A DNA stretch of 64,000 nucleotides, taken from Acidilobaceae archaeon. Lineage in GTDB: Archaea; Thermoproteota; Thermoprotei_A; Sulfolobales; Acidilobaceae. A model generated the notes under the pieces. The model was not told the origin of the DNA. It searched no databases and was given only the letters and a program-made list of their open reading frames with translations. Where the stretch lies: contig JAWAWX010000001.1 in the NCBI GenBank assembly GCA_038897215.1, forward strand, positions 1,024,001 through 1,088,000. The letters run 5' to 3'. The position numbers and the translations under genes were made by a program. This document shows, one piece after another, positions 47,201 through 57,507 of the stretch (position 1 is its first letter; each line of letters starts with the position of its first letter).

Positions 47201-48382
47201 CTAGAGTGCTCCGAATCTCCTAGCCCACTCCTCGTACCTTCTCAGAGACTCTTTGTCTACGCTCGGCTTCCTCTTAGCTAGAACCTCTCTGAAGTCTCTC
47301 ATCGTTATAGGTCTAGGCTCTCCTCCCCCCTTCTGGAAGAACTCTCTCACTGTTCTCATGTGAGCGTCTATCACGACATCCCTTATATCGCTACCCGAGT
47401 ATCCTTCGAGCATGTCTGCTAACGCCTCCAAGTCCACATCGCTCCCCAGCTTGAGGTTACTTGTGAGGATCTTCAGCATCTCGATTCGAGCAGTCTTATC
47501 GGGTAGAGGCACGTATATCCTCTTCTGGAACCTCCTCAAGAAGGCCTCGTCTAGCTCCCACGGCTTGTTAGTAGCTCCTATCACGTAGACGTGGAGCTTC
47601 TGCTTCTTATCGAGAACCCCGTCCATCTCCTTCAAGAACTGGTTCCGGACTCTAACCTCTCCCCCGACTTCGACCTCGTGGACTCCGAGTAACGCGTCTA
47701 CCTCGTCTATGAATATGACTACGGGGACTCCCTGTCTAGACTTCTCTCTAGCGTAGGTGAAGATCTTCCTCACGTTCTTCTCTCCTTCTCCGAGCCACTT
47801 GCTCATAACGCTAGCAGCATCAACGTACAGGAACTCAGCGTTAACCTCGTTAGCTGCGGCAGCACCGAGCATAGTCTTCCCGGTGCCCGGGGGCCCGAAG
47901 AGCAGTATCCCTCGCGGCCACCCTAGCGGGAAGAGGTCTGGTCTCCTCACGGGGTATATTATGGCTTCTCTTATAGCCTCCTTAGCGTGCTCTAAGCCCG
48001 CTATATCGTTGAAGGTTATGCTCGGCTTCTCTCTGATCACGAAGGGGGGCAGGAGCTTCTCGATATCTCCTTGAGGAGCTGGAGAGCCGCTATCGCCACC
48101 CGTTACCTCCACGTAGTACTCATCGTCGGAGCCCCCGCTCGAGATTTTCAGCTTACTCTTCTCCTCTAGCTCTCCAATCTTCCTCCTGTATTGCGCCAAG
48201 AGCCTCCTATATATCGGGGTTAGAGGGTGGTCGGGGTAGTGTCTGGTTATCTCTTCGAGAACCTCTACTGCTCTCCTTAGGTTGAGGAGAGCAGTAGAGT
48301 AGTCGCCCTCAGACTCTGCTTTAGCTGCTGCTAGCGCATACCTCCTCGCTGCTCCCTCGAGGTAGGCTAGAGAGTGAGACAA
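47201..48382 (-). CDS. cdvC: cell division AAA ATPase CdvC (Vps4)
   Basis: N-terminal MIT helices, PDLFPLGWPRGILLFGPPGTGKT, SKWLGE, DEVD, ATNKPW, RRFQKRIY. Confidence 0.93.
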   Translation of the reverse strand: MSHSLAYLEGAARRYALAAAKAESEGDYSTALLNLRRAVEVLEEITRHYPDHPLTPIYRRLLAQYRRKIGELEEKSKLKISSGGSDDEYYVEVTGGDSGSPAPQGDIEKLLPPFVIREKPSITFNDIAGLEHAKEAIREAIIYPVRRPDLFPLGWPRGILLFGPPGTGKTMLGAAAANEVNAEFLYVDAASVMSKWLGEGEKNVRKIFTYAREKSRQGVPVVIFIDEVDALLGVHEVEVGGEVRVRNQFLKEMDGVLDKKQKLHVYVIGATNKPWELDEAFLRRFQKRIYVPLPDKTARIEMLKILTSNLKLGSDVDLEALADMLEGYSGSDIRDVVIDAHMRTVREFFQKGGGEPRPITMRDFREVLAKRKPSVDKESLRRYEEWARRFGAL

Positions 48383-48418
48383 GAGTAGATACCTCCAGCC
48401 CTAGAGGAGGTCTCTCCG

Positions 48419-49180
48419 CTAGGCTTCGGCTAGAGCTTCGGGAGCCTTGTGTACTCTGATCAGACCCTTGGCTTCTAGAGATTCTAGAGCTCTCTTCACA
48501 GCCTCGGGCGTAGTGTTCAGGTCTCTAGCCGCAGCGCTGAGGCTTATCCTGCCCCCTCTGGTCTTCACGTAGTCTAGTAGAGCTTTCTCCAAGTCCTGGC
48601 TCTGGCTCTGAACCCTTATGCCGAGCTCTGCTAGAGCGTAGGCGATCTCCTGCCTGACCTCCGGGTCGATCTCGACCTTAGCTACGGGCATGTTGTCAGC
48701 TAGCACTCCAACCTCTCTTATCAGGCTCTCGGCAGACACCATCACGTTAGAGAGCCTGCCGACAAGCTCTGGGCTCACTTGAGCTAGGTAGCTGTTAGTA
48801 GCTCTCAGCCAGTAGTCTAGCGGAGCAATGCTCCTAATGAGAGTCTCGATGTTTCTAGCGTCTCTCACTCTCTGTATAGCTATCCCTAGAAGCTTGCTGT
48901 AAGCTGTGAGAGCAGTCAGGATCTTCTTCTTGAGAACGATCTCAGCCGCGATCATCTCCGCTGTATCCGAGTCGCTAGCTCTGAGAGCTGCCTGCATTCT
49001 GTCATAGTAGCCCGCTATCTCGCTAGTCAGCTGGTCTCTAGCGCGGTCTACCTCCAGCTTGGCTAGCTCGAGTCTAGCAGCTATCTCATCGAAATCGATA
49101 TCGCTCACATCATGGTCAGGAGTATGCCTAGTCTTGAAGCCTAATCCCTCCACGATACTCCTAAAGATGCTCGCAATCAC
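48419..49180 (-). CDS. cdvB: cell division protein CdvB (ESCRT-III) with C-terminal winged helix
   Basis: Snf7-like helical core (A.MIAAEI), wH tail (LLDYVKTRGG..LE.KGLIRV); directly upstream of cdvC. Confidence 0.8.
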   Translation of the reverse strand: MIASIFRSIVEGLGFKTRHTPDHDVSDIDFDEIAARLELAKLEVDRARDQLTSEIAGYYDRMQAALRASDSDTAEMIAAEIVLKKKILTALTAYSKLLGIAIQRVRDARNIETLIRSIAPLDYWLRATNSYLAQVSPELVGRLSNVMVSAESLIREVGVLADNMPVAKVEIDPEVRQEIAYALAELGIRVQSQSQDLEKALLDYVKTRGGRISLSAAARDLNTTPEAVKRALESLEAKGLIRVHKAPEALAEA

Positions 49181-49325
49181 TACTCAAGCCACCCGAGGAG
49201 AGCTAGCGCTACCCGGAAATTAGAGCAGGCGCGGGAGATAATACGGGAGCCTTACCGACACTCAGGAGGCGTGAGAGCGTCTTCGAGGACTCGCTCTAGA
49301 GGTTTCCGAGCGCGAGAGCTCTCCT

Positions 49326-49736
49326 CTACTCTCCTCCCCCTCTTACCCTCACTATCTTCGGTCTACCCATTATGAGCCAGTATTCTACAGAGACTCCTGA
49401 AGTGATTCTAGAAGCTAGCTCGGGGTCGTCAGCGGGCTTCTCGATCTCTAGAGTATCGTATGTCTCCATATCCATTACCTGGACTCTATCGCCCATGTCT
49501 GCTAGCACTTGACCGACTCTCTTCTCTATCACCGGCACCTGGACTCTAGTGTCTACGGGGGCTATGAGGGTCTTCTTCTGACCCGAGAATACCCCCACGG
49601 CGACTACGTGAGCTTTAGCGCTCCCATGCTTCCCTGTTTTTGCCGTGCTCATCTCCACTATCTTGCAGGGCTCGCCGTCGATCACTATGAAGCTTCCCTT
49701 CTTGAGGTCTCCTAGTGTAGCGTAGTTGACGCTCAT
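49326..49736 (-). CDS. eif5a: translation factor aIF-5A
   Basis: Hypusine motif KTGKHGSAK. Confidence 0.97.
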   Translation of the reverse strand: MSVNYATLGDLKKGSFIVIDGEPCKIVEMSTAKTGKHGSAKAHVVAVGVFSGQKKTLIAPVDTRVQVPVIEKRVGQVLADMGDRVQVMDMETYDTLEIEKPADDPELASRITSGVSVEYWLIMGRPKIVRVRGGGE

Positions 49737-49794
49737 ACAGCTCTCCCCGGGAGAGACGCTCTCTCAGCTGACGCTATAAAAGCGTTTGGCTCCT

Positions 49795-50259
49795 CTAGGC
49801 TATCGAGTATACTCTCAGCTCTCTGATCTTCTCGAGGACTCTCTCCATGAACTCCTCTAGCTGAGCTCGCGAGACTCCCCTCGCCTCGGCTATTCTGGAG
49901 ACCTCCTCGAGAACTCTATCGTACGACCTGAGTCTCTCGTTGAGTTCTCTCCAGGGGACTCTGTAGAGAGCTCTCTCAACCTCTAGAGACCTGGGTAGTA
50001 GCTCTTTGAGCATCAAGACGGCTATGATGGGGTAGCCTATGTAGCCTCTGAACTTGGTCCCGTTATCGTCTGAGTAAGCTTGGAGAGAGCCGTCTCGAGA
50101 GACCTTGACTACGACTCTGTAGACTCTATCGCCCATACTCGATGATACTCTAGCCTCGACGACCTCCCCGGAGTCTCTCACTACAGAGACTCTGCCGTCA
50201 GCGAGAGAGCCGGCCGCTTCCAGCACCTTGATCCTAGGAGGGAGGCTCAGCTTCCTCAA
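49795..50259 (-). CDS. conserved hypothetical protein
   Basis: PPRIKVLEA..LADGRV, VSSS.G.R.Y, SDDNGT..RGY.GYP, W.ELN. Confidence 0.75.
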   Translation of the reverse strand: MRKLSLPPRIKVLEAAGSLADGRVSVVRDSGEVVEARVSSSMGDRVYRVVVKVSRDGSLQAYSDDNGTKFRGYIGYPIIAVLMLKELLPRSLEVERALYRVPWRELNERLRSYDRVLEEVSRIAEARGVSRAQLEEFMERVLEKIRELRVYSIA

Positions 50260-50356
50260 CTAGCTCCTCCTAGCTTCAGTGAAAACGCGGAGACTCTTAG
50301 CTTATCGCTCGAGGAGAGCAGTAGAGCCGAGCTAACCCCCGGGGGAGGCTCTCGAG

Positions 50357-51223
50357 TCAGGGGGGTTTGACTCTATCGTAGACTCTGAGAACCTGGTCTA
50401 CGTTGACTCTGTACAGCTTCTCTCTCCACTCCTCTCTCTCTGCTAGCTGATGCACTAGTCGAGCCATCTCCCAGGGCTGGGTTACCGCTCCTGGTCTCGA
50501 GGGGTCGTCTAGGTAGTCGCTTTCGACCATGTACACTGGCTCTAGAGCTGAGAGAGCGTACTCTAGAGGCTGGCGTAGCCCTACTATTGTGGAAGAGTAC
50601 CCTCTTCTCCACGCCTCTTCGGCCATCTTGAGGTCTGAGTGGTGGAATACTATCTTGTGCTTGACGGGTTTCAGCCTCTCGATTGCTCTATCTGTGATCG
50701 CTACCGTGTCCTCCTTAGACTGCTCTAGGTGTAGGTGGACTACTGCTCCTAGGTCGCGAGCTCTCTCTATAGCGTACTCCATTATCATGTGAGACGCTAG
50801 CACTCTATCGCTCGAAGTCTTGTAGTGCTGTCTCCCCACCTCGCCTATGCCGTCTAAGAGCCCCTTCTCGACTAGCGAAGCGATATAGTCGATTACCTTA
50901 AACCCGATCTCGACTACTCTAGCCGGGCTCACTCTATGCCTGTCAACGAGCTTATCGACCTCTGCTGGATGGAAACCGGCTATGCAGGCTACCTCGACAC
51001 CCTCCTCTCTAGCGGCTCTACACTCTCTCACGTGAGCCTCTACTGCTCTAAGGTAGGCTTCGAGACCCCCGTCTTCGATTCCGTAGGCTGGAGGGCTCAG
51101 AGAGACTAGAGCTATGAACCAGCCCCCGGCTCTCTTGAATCTCTCGGCTACAGCTCTAGCTCCGAGACCTCTAGCAGGACTACTGTGGCAGTGCCCGTCA
51201 GCTACGGGTAGAGAGCTCGCCAA
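50357..51223 (-). CDS. TatD-related metal-dependent hydrolase
   Basis: DGHCH, GFHPAE, GIGEVGRQH, HLHLE, HH, ESDYLDDP.RPG. Confidence 0.88.
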   Translation of the reverse strand: MASSLPVADGHCHSSPARGLGARAVAERFKRAGGWFIALVSLSPPAYGIEDGGLEAYLRAVEAHVRECRAAREEGVEVACIAGFHPAEVDKLVDRHRVSPARVVEIGFKVIDYIASLVEKGLLDGIGEVGRQHYKTSSDRVLASHMIMEYAIERARDLGAVVHLHLEQSKEDTVAITDRAIERLKPVKHKIVFHHSDLKMAEEAWRRGYSSTIVGLRQPLEYALSALEPVYMVESDYLDDPSRPGAVTQPWEMARLVHQLAEREEWREKLYRVNVDQVLRVYDRVKPP

Positions 51224-52652
51224 GACTCTTCAGCCTCTTCTCTATAGCTTCTCTCACGAGCCTGGGGTCTACTGCTCTCCTCCCTATCCTCCTTATCGTG
51301 GCCCCCACCAGGTAGTTTAGAGCCTCCTTCTTGCCCGAAAGGTAGTCCGCCACGGCCTTCCTCTCAGCTCTAAGAGTCTCCTCGACGTAGGCCTCTATGT
51401 CTACAGCTTTCTCGGGCAGGAGCTCCTTCAAGGAGGCTCTCGGGTTCTGAGCGAGCTTCGGTAAAACTAAACCCTTGATCGTATCGTAGGGGTACTCTCC
51501 TCTCTCCACTAGCTTCACTATCTCGACTATCGTGCTCGCTGGAGGCCAGCTAGAGGAGTCAAAGAGGTCTCTCCCAGCTTCTTTGACCTCGCCTCTATAG
51601 TCTACAGCGAGAATCCTGGCTGCTAGCAGGGGGTCAGCGCCTGCCTCGACGGACTCGAGGAATACTCTCAGCGAGTCTCTAACCTGCACTAGGCTCCAGG
51701 CTAGGTCGCGAGGAACTCCTAGGCTTGAGAGCTTGGAGAGAACGGTCTTCAGGCTCCTCTCTTCAGCCTCTCTCCTAGCCTCTTCAAGCATCTCTCTAGT
51801 GATAGCTATCGGCGGCAGGTCGGGATCGGGGAAGTAGAGGTACTCCTCCTCGTACTCCTTGTGCCTTAGAGAGATCGTGACTCCCCGGGCTCCATCCCAG
51901 TGCCTCGTTTCTCTAGCCACAACCCCCCCGGACTCGAGGATCTTGGTCTGCCTGGCTATCTCGAAGACTAGAGCTTTCTCCACGTCGGCGACGCTCCCTA
52001 TATTCTTGACCTCTACTCTCTCCCCTCCCTCTACGCTCACGTTAGCGTCTACTCTGAACGCTCCCTCGAGCCTGGGGTTCGTCACGCCCAGGTGTTCTAG
52101 CGTTAGAAGCAGGTACTCTAGGAAGACTCTAGCGTCTCTAGGGCTCTCGAGGTCGGGCTCTGTGACTATCTCTAGGAGGGGGACGCCGCTCCTGTTGTAG
52201 TCTACGTGAGATAGAGGGCTCCTCACTATGTCTCCATCGTATACAGTCCTACCGGGGTCTTCCTCGATGTTGATCCTCCTTATCCCGCACTTCCTCCAAG
52301 CCCACGCTACGGGGTCTAGGTATTCGAGGAAGCCTTCGAGGCAAACGGGGACTCCTCCTGCTCTCTCAAACATAGATATCTGGTAGTTCTTGGGCAGGTC
52401 TGGGTAGAAGTAGTGCTTTCTAGTGAAGACTATCCTATCGGGGATTCTGCAGTTGAGAGCGATAGCAGTCCTCAGAGCTAGCTCTACTACTCTCTTGTTG
52501 ACTACGGGGAGAGCTCCGGGCAAGCCTAGGCAGACGGGGCAGACGTTGCTATTCGGGGGCCTCCCCCTGTAGTCCGCGCTACAGCCGCAGAATAGCTTGG
52601 TCCCGGCCTCGGTTACTTGGACGTGTATCTCTAGCCCTATCCTAGCTCTCAC
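51198..52652 (-). CDS. gatB: Asp/Glu-tRNA amidotransferase subunit B
   Basis: IGLEIHVQ, KLFC, RKHYFYPDLPKNYQIS, DYNRSGVPLLEIVTEPD, YFPDPDL. Confidence 0.96.
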   Translation of the reverse strand: MRARIGLEIHVQVTEAGTKLFCGCSADYRGRPPNSNVCPVCLGLPGALPVVNKRVVELALRTAIALNCRIPDRIVFTRKHYFYPDLPKNYQISMFERAGGVPVCLEGFLEYLDPVAWAWRKCGIRRINIEEDPGRTVYDGDIVRSPLSHVDYNRSGVPLLEIVTEPDLESPRDARVFLEYLLLTLEHLGVTNPRLEGAFRVDANVSVEGGERVEVKNIGSVADVEKALVFEIARQTKILESGGVVARETRHWDGARGVTISLRHKEYEEEYLYFPDPDLPPIAITREMLEEARREAEERSLKTVLSKLSSLGVPRDLAWSLVQVRDSLRVFLESVEAGADPLLAARILAVDYRGEVKEAGRDLFDSSSWPPASTIVEIVKLVERGEYPYDTIKGLVLPKLAQNPRASLKELLPEKAVDIEAYVEETLRAERKAVADYLSGKKEALNYLVGATIRRIGRRAVDPRLVREAIEKRLKSLGELSTRS

Positions 52653-54087
52653 TAGCGACCACTCCCCTGACTCCCGTGAGCTCTTCTACTAGAGCTCCTA
52701 GAGAGAGGAGCTTGAAGTCTTCGAGAAAGCCTCCTATCCACTGGACGCCCACAGGTAGCCCCTGGTGGAAGCCCACGGGCTGAGCTAGAGCCGGTAGCCC
52801 AGATAGGTTTGCTATCACCGTGTAGACATCCATCGAGTAGAGCTTGAGAGGGTCCTCGATCCTCTCTCCGAGCCTGGGCGGGAGAACGGGGGACACCTGA
52901 GAGGCGATTACGCACTCTGAGGTGAGCCTTATGAGCGCGTCTCTCACCAGCCTTCTGAGCTTGGTGGCCGCCACGTAGTACTCTTCTCTGTACCCCTCGC
53001 TGAGAACGTAGACTCCCATCATTATCCTCCTCTTGACCTCGAGCCCGAAGCCTTTAGACCTCGTGGACGCTATGAAGCTCTCCCAGGTGTTCTTCTCGGT
53101 CTTGAGGGGGTAGAGGACTCCCGTGTATCTCGCTAGGTTGCTCGCGGCTTCCGCGAAAGCTATGGTGTAGTAGGCTGGGAGAGCTCTAGCTAAAGAGGGC
53201 TCGCTCTTCTCCTCGACCGTAGCCCCCTCTGACTCGAGCTTCTTCAAGACCATCCAGTAGGCTTTCTGCAAGGGCTCGTCAGCGTTCTCCCAGAGCTCTC
53301 TAACAGCGCAGACTCTCAGCCTTCTGGCATCAATAGGCTCTACTAGGGGCTCTGCTCTCCTCTTGAGGGTAGTCGAGTCTAGAGGGTCCCAGCCGCTTAT
53401 CACGTCGAGGAGTAGAGCTAGGTCTCTAGAGCTCCTAGCCATAGGGGATACCTGCTCTAAGCTGTTACCGTAGGGTATGACTCCGTATCTGCTCACAAGA
53501 CCGTAGGTTGGCTTCAGCCCGAATGTGGCCGTGTATGCTGCGGGTAGCCTAGCAGAGCCCCCCGTGTCAGTCCCTAGAGCTAGGTCGCAACCCCCGTAGG
53601 CTAGAGCCGCCGCGCTCCCCCCGCTGCTACCCCCGGGGGTTCTCTCGAGGTCCCAGGGGTTTCTAGTGGCTCCGAAGAAGCTGAGCTCCGTAGTCGAGCC
53701 CATAGCGAACTCGTCTAGATTAGTCTTCCCCAATATTATGGCGTCTTCTTCTCTAATCTTCCTGACTGCTGTCGCATCGAATGGAGGAACGTAGAAGGTG
53801 AGTATTCTCGATGCAGCAGTAGTGGGGAAGTCTGTAGTCGATATGTTGTCCTTTACTGCTACCACCAAGCCTGCTAGCTTCCCGAGCCTCTCCCCCCTCT
53901 TGGCTCTCCCGGCTATCTCCTCGGCTTTCTCGAGAGCTAGCTCTAGATTGTCTATCGATATGTAAGCGTTCACTCTAGGCTCCCATCTAGTGATACGCTC
54001 GTAGACCTCGTGCAAGTGCTCTACAGGGTCTACCACTCCTTCTCTGATATCCGCTACTAGCCTCCAAGCCTCAGTTATGGTCTGCAA
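52642..54087 (-). CDS. gatA: Asp/Glu-tRNA amidotransferase subunit A
   Basis: KDNI, GKTNLDEFAMGS, PGGSSGGS, GTDTGGS.R.PA; start placed at TTG after a GGAGG run (ORF track 54135). Confidence 0.95.
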   Translation of the reverse strand: MQTITEAWRLVADIREGVVDPVEHLHEVYERITRWEPRVNAYISIDNLELALEKAEEIAGRAKRGERLGKLAGLVVAVKDNISTTDFPTTAASRILTFYVPPFDATAVRKIREEDAIILGKTNLDEFAMGSTTELSFFGATRNPWDLERTPGGSSGGSAAALAYGGCDLALGTDTGGSARLPAAYTATFGLKPTYGLVSRYGVIPYGNSLEQVSPMARSSRDLALLLDVISGWDPLDSTTLKRRAEPLVEPIDARRLRVCAVRELWENADEPLQKAYWMVLKKLESEGATVEEKSEPSLARALPAYYTIAFAEAASNLARYTGVLYPLKTEKNTWESFIASTRSKGFGLEVKRRIMMGVYVLSEGYREEYYVAATKLRRLVRDALIRLTSECVIASQVSPVLPPRLGERIEDPLKLYSMDVYTVIANLSGLPALAQPVGFHQGLPVGVQWIGGFLEDFKLLSLGALVEELTGVRGVVASES

Positions 54088-54391
54088 TCCTCCCTCCTCT
54101 CCAGGGAGCTCTAACGTACCCTCTCTCATCGACATCCGCTGAGAGCCTCCTGACGTCGATAGACCTATCTGGCTCTTCGAGAGGCTCTCTCAAATACCCT
54201 ATCTCCTCCCATACGTGATAGAGAGGCTCTACGTCATAGCCTGCTACAGCCTCCCCCACGCTTCTCAGATACGACGCGATCCTAGCTATGTCAACACATA
54301 TCTTTCTAGCCTCCTCATCCGAAAGCTCTAGCTTAGCTATCTCCGCTAGCCTCTTCACAAGACCCTCATCGCAGTCAGTCTCGCTCACCAA
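54071..54391 (-). CDS. gatC: Asp/Glu-tRNA amidotransferase subunit C
   Basis: LAEIAKLELSDEE, VEP, LRE, GYVRAP; directly upstream of gatA. Confidence 0.88.
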   Translation of the reverse strand: MVSETDCDEGLVKRLAEIAKLELSDEEARKICVDIARIASYLRSVGEAVAGYDVEPLYHVWEEIGYLREPLEEPDRSIDVRRLSADVDERGYVRAPWRGGRIADHN

Positions 54392-54527
54392 TAGAGCCCC
54401 CGAGGAGTCCTCTAGGAGGAGGCTCGAGATTAATTTTGTTGCTCTACAACCCGGCTCCTAGCTACTCCCGTAGAAGCTGGGGTTGAAGCTAAACAGATAT
54501 AAGCCCGCCTAGCTGTTCTATAGACAC

Positions 54528-54653
54528 GCCCCAGCCCGGCCATAGCGGCCGGGTAACACCCGGACCCATATCGAACCCGGAAGTTAAGCCGGCCGCGTTG
54601 AGGGCTCCGTGGGGTCCGCGAGGCCCCGCAGGGCCCTCAAGCCGGGGCTGGGG
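54528..54653 (+). rRNA. rrf: 5S rRNA (stand-alone)
   Basis: GGCCATAGCGG, ACACCCGGACCCAT.TCGAACCCGGAAGTTAAGCC, GGGGTCCGCGAGGCCCC; complementary ends CCCCAGCC/GGCTGGGG; ATATAA box upstream. Confidence 0.93.
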
Positions 54654-54809
54654 ACTTCTCTACGAGCGCTTCTCCGGAGGTAGGCGGGATGAGTCTCGGG
54701 GGCTCTTCTAGCGTAACCTGCGAGCATTAAACACTATGGGAGAGCAAGCTAGCCCACGTCTAGGCCTTGTCTTTTCTCGTTGCTAGCCTCGAGAACGCAT
54801 GCCGGGTAG

Positions 54810-54885
54810 CGGGCCCGCCGGGATTTGAACCCGGGACCTCCGGGTCCGAAGCCCGGCGCTCTAGTCCTGGCTGAGCTACGGGCCC
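54810..54885 (-). tRNA. tRNA-Arg(TCG)
   Basis: GGGCCCG/CGGGCCC acceptor, anticodon arm CCGGG-CT-TCG-GA-CCCGG, GGTTCAAATCC; CCA not encoded (CTA follows). Confidence 0.95.
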
Positions 54886-56252
54886 TCTGCCTTGAGGTTT
54901 TCTTGCTCTATGGCGGTTTTAGTGTTTTTTCTATCCTCTACTCGTGTGCTCGTTATGTCTGCTAGCTTCTCCACAGCTTCTAGAGCGTTTCTTGCTACTA
55001 TCCTGAGTACTCCGAAAGCTTCTCCTCTCACACCCTCGCATATGATGTCTGGTAGTCTGCCTCCAGCTATCTTGGCTGCTTCTCTCGCCAGCTCTCTAGT
55101 CGTTGCCTCCTTCGGGAGCTCTATGCACGCTACCGTGTAGCCTTTGTCTAGAGCTCTCTCAACTAGTCTCTCATCGTATCTCATTGTCACCATAGCGCGA
55201 GTCTCAGCATCGATAGCCATGAGGGAGTGCAGGGTTTCAGCTGTGTGAGTACTCGAGCCTAGAGCCGGCCCCACTGCTCCCTCTCGGGGCTTGATTAGAG
55301 CTACCGCTACATCGCTAGAGCTTCTAGCATACCTAGCTGGGATGCTCTCGGCTATCTCGATCTCGGAGTCTAGCCGGAGCTCGCTGGCTATAGATAGAGC
55401 TCTGCCTAGAGCCATCTCGACGCTTCTGAGAGCCTCGTATCTCAGTGCGGGGAGCTCTAGCCAAGCAGTCGGGTTGACTGGACAGTACCCCTTCCCGACT
55501 CTTACACCATACTCTATCGCTATCGTTATGAATTTCTTAGCCTCGACTACAGCCTCGTAGACGCTGAAGCCTCTAGCCAGGTAGGCCGCTATAGCTGCTG
55601 AAAACGAGCAACCAGTACCGTGAGTGCACGCTCTCTCGATGCGAGGACCCGGGATCACGTAGTGCCTCCCCCTCCAGTACAGGACGTCTGGCGAGCTCTC
55701 TACGGAGAGGTGGCCGCCTTTAGCGACCACTGCCTCACAGCCGTACTCCTCCGCTATGACCTCCGCTGCCTTCTTCGCGTCATCGAGACTCTCTATGCGG
55801 ATGCCCGAGAGTATCTCAGCCTCCCATCTATTCGGCGTAGCCACCTTGGCTCTAGGGAGGAGCTCTCTCTTCAACGCCTCCACTGCATCCTCTCTGAGTA
55901 GCCTAGCGCCACTCTTAGCCACCATGACCGGATCTACTACCAGAGGGAAGGGGTAGTCGTCCACGGCTCTCGCTACAGCCGATATGATCTCCTTGTTGCT
56001 AAGCATTCCAGTCTTGCCAGCATCTATGCCCATGTCTTCAGCTACCACCTTGATCTGCTCGTAGACCATCTCGGGGGGCAGGTCGTGGATAGCTGTGACC
56101 TGGTACGTGTTCTGAGCTGTTATACTCGTTATAGCCACCGTCCCGTGGACTCCTAGAGCAGCGAAAGTCTTGAGGTCCGCCTGGATCCCCGCTCCTCCTC
56201 CTGAATCGCTACCCGCTATGGTTATAGCTACTCTCCATGGACGAGCAACCAT
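54876..56252 (-). CDS. thiD: hydroxymethylpyrimidine/phosphomethylpyrimidine kinase ThiD fused to a degenerate ThiN domain
   Basis: [35 protein letters not shown]; C-terminal ThiN-like region. Confidence 0.92.
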   Translation of the reverse strand: MVARPWRVAITIAGSDSGGGAGIQADLKTFAALGVHGTVAITSITAQNTYQVTAIHDLPPEMVYEQIKVVAEDMGIDAGKTGMLSNKEIISAVARAVDDYPFPLVVDPVMVAKSGARLLREDAVEALKRELLPRAKVATPNRWEAEILSGIRIESLDDAKKAAEVIAEEYGCEAVVAKGGHLSVESSPDVLYWRGRHYVIPGPRIERACTHGTGCSFSAAIAAYLARGFSVYEAVVEAKKFITIAIEYGVRVGKGYCPVNPTAWLELPALRYEALRSVEMALGRALSIASELRLDSEIEIAESIPARYARSSSDVAVALIKPREGAVGPALGSSTHTAETLHSLMAIDAETRAMVTMRYDERLVERALDKGYTVACIELPKEATTRELAREAAKIAGGRLPDIICEGVRGEAFGVLRIVARNALEAVEKLADITSTRVEDRKNTKTAIEQENLKAEGP

Positions 56253-56308
56253 GAGTAAGTCTCCGCTAGAAGAGCGGGCATTGGGGCTAATAAGCTTCCC
56301 CTATTACC

Positions 56309-57490
56309 TCACAAGTCTAGCTCTCTGACTTGCTCTAAGACATACCTCCTGATCTCCGAGAGCTCCGGTAGAGGTCTAGAGAGCTCTCCGTTATCCAAGT
56401 ACTTGACCAGAAGAGGCCTTGGAGCTGAGCCATCTCTACAAGCGGGGACCTCTCTCTGGTCGAAGAAAGCTAGGTAGTCTTCTCTAACACTACACCTGTA
56501 GACTTGAAGAGCTGAAGGTATCTTGCCTCTCTTGGCTCTAGGCTTCCACTCGCCGTCTTCGTACACCTCTACTATGTCAGCGCTTATATCGATATTGGGA
56601 GCGGCCGCTATAGCCGTCCCTACTCCGAAGCCGTCAACCACGTCTCTTAGCTCCACTACATCGCTCTCATCTATGCCCCCGCTCACGAATATCTTGACGT
56701 GCTTGTAGCCAGCTCTATCTAGAGCTACCCTGACCTCCTCCACTATATCCCTCATCCTCCCCCTCCTGCTACCAGGAGTGTCTAGCCTCACGCCGTAGAG
56801 CTTCTCGCCTAAGAGCTCTGCAGCCATTAGAGCCTCTACTCTCTCATCGTAGAAGGTGTCGACTAGAGCAACGATGGGGGTCTCGTTGCCGAATGTCTCA
56901 GCGAACGCTCTCCAAGCTCTCCTCTGGTCTCCCATGCTTACTATCAGAGCGTGAGGCATAGTGCCCATAGGCTTGAGCCCCAGGTACTTCTCTGACAGGA
57001 CTCCGCTGACTCCATCAGCTCCCCCGATGTAGGCCGCTCTATCTGCTGAAGGCTGGACCGCGGGGTGCAGGGCTCTCAGACCGAAGAAGAGGAGTGTCTT
57101 GTCTCCAGCGAGCTTCTTCAGTCTCGCAGTCTTAGTAGCTATGCTGGAAGCGAACCTCAAGACTCCTAGGTAGGCTGTCTCGAAGAGAACCATGTCTCTA
57201 AGCCTTCCCTCGATTAGCATGAGGGGCTGCTTTCTCCTGAAGACAGTCCCCTCTGGCATAGAGTAGACTGTGAGAGGCTTCCCCCTAAGGATAGCTAGAG
57301 CCTCCTCGAGACCAGCGAAGACAGCCCAGTTGTAGCCCCGCGGGAGGGAGTACGCGTGGACCTGCATCCTCACTCTGACATCTTCAGAGTACTTGTCTAG
57401 AATCACCTTAGTCCTGTAGAAGTATATGTCTGTCGCTCTCCCCTCCAGTATGTCGTCGAGGCTAGCCAAGTATACTCTAGGCTCTCTCAT
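56309..57490 (-). CDS. pncB: nicotinate phosphoribosyltransferase
   Basis: TDIYF, FG.R..HP, GTMPHA, LVDTF, GVRLDTP.SRRG, SGG, FGVGT. Confidence 0.92.
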   Translation of the reverse strand: MREPRVYLASLDDILEGRATDIYFYRTKVILDKYSEDVRVRMQVHAYSLPRGYNWAVFAGLEEALAILRGKPLTVYSMPEGTVFRRKQPLMLIEGRLRDMVLFETAYLGVLRFASSIATKTARLKKLAGDKTLLFFGLRALHPAVQPSADRAAYIGGADGVSGVLSEKYLGLKPMGTMPHALIVSMGDQRRAWRAFAETFGNETPIVALVDTFYDERVEALMAAELLGEKLYGVRLDTPGSRRGRMRDIVEEVRVALDRAGYKHVKIFVSGGIDESDVVELRDVVDGFGVGTAIAAAPNIDISADIVEVYEDGEWKPRAKRGKIPSALQVYRCSVREDYLAFFDQREVPACRDGSAPRPLLVKYLDNGELSRPLPELSEIRRYVLEQVRELDL

Positions 57491-57507
57491 GGAGTTCTTC
57501 CAGAGAG

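Noticed and set aside
13719-54885. tRNA introns or split tRNAs
   Set aside because: All four tRNAs fold as contiguous 76-77-nt genes with 7-nt anticodon loops
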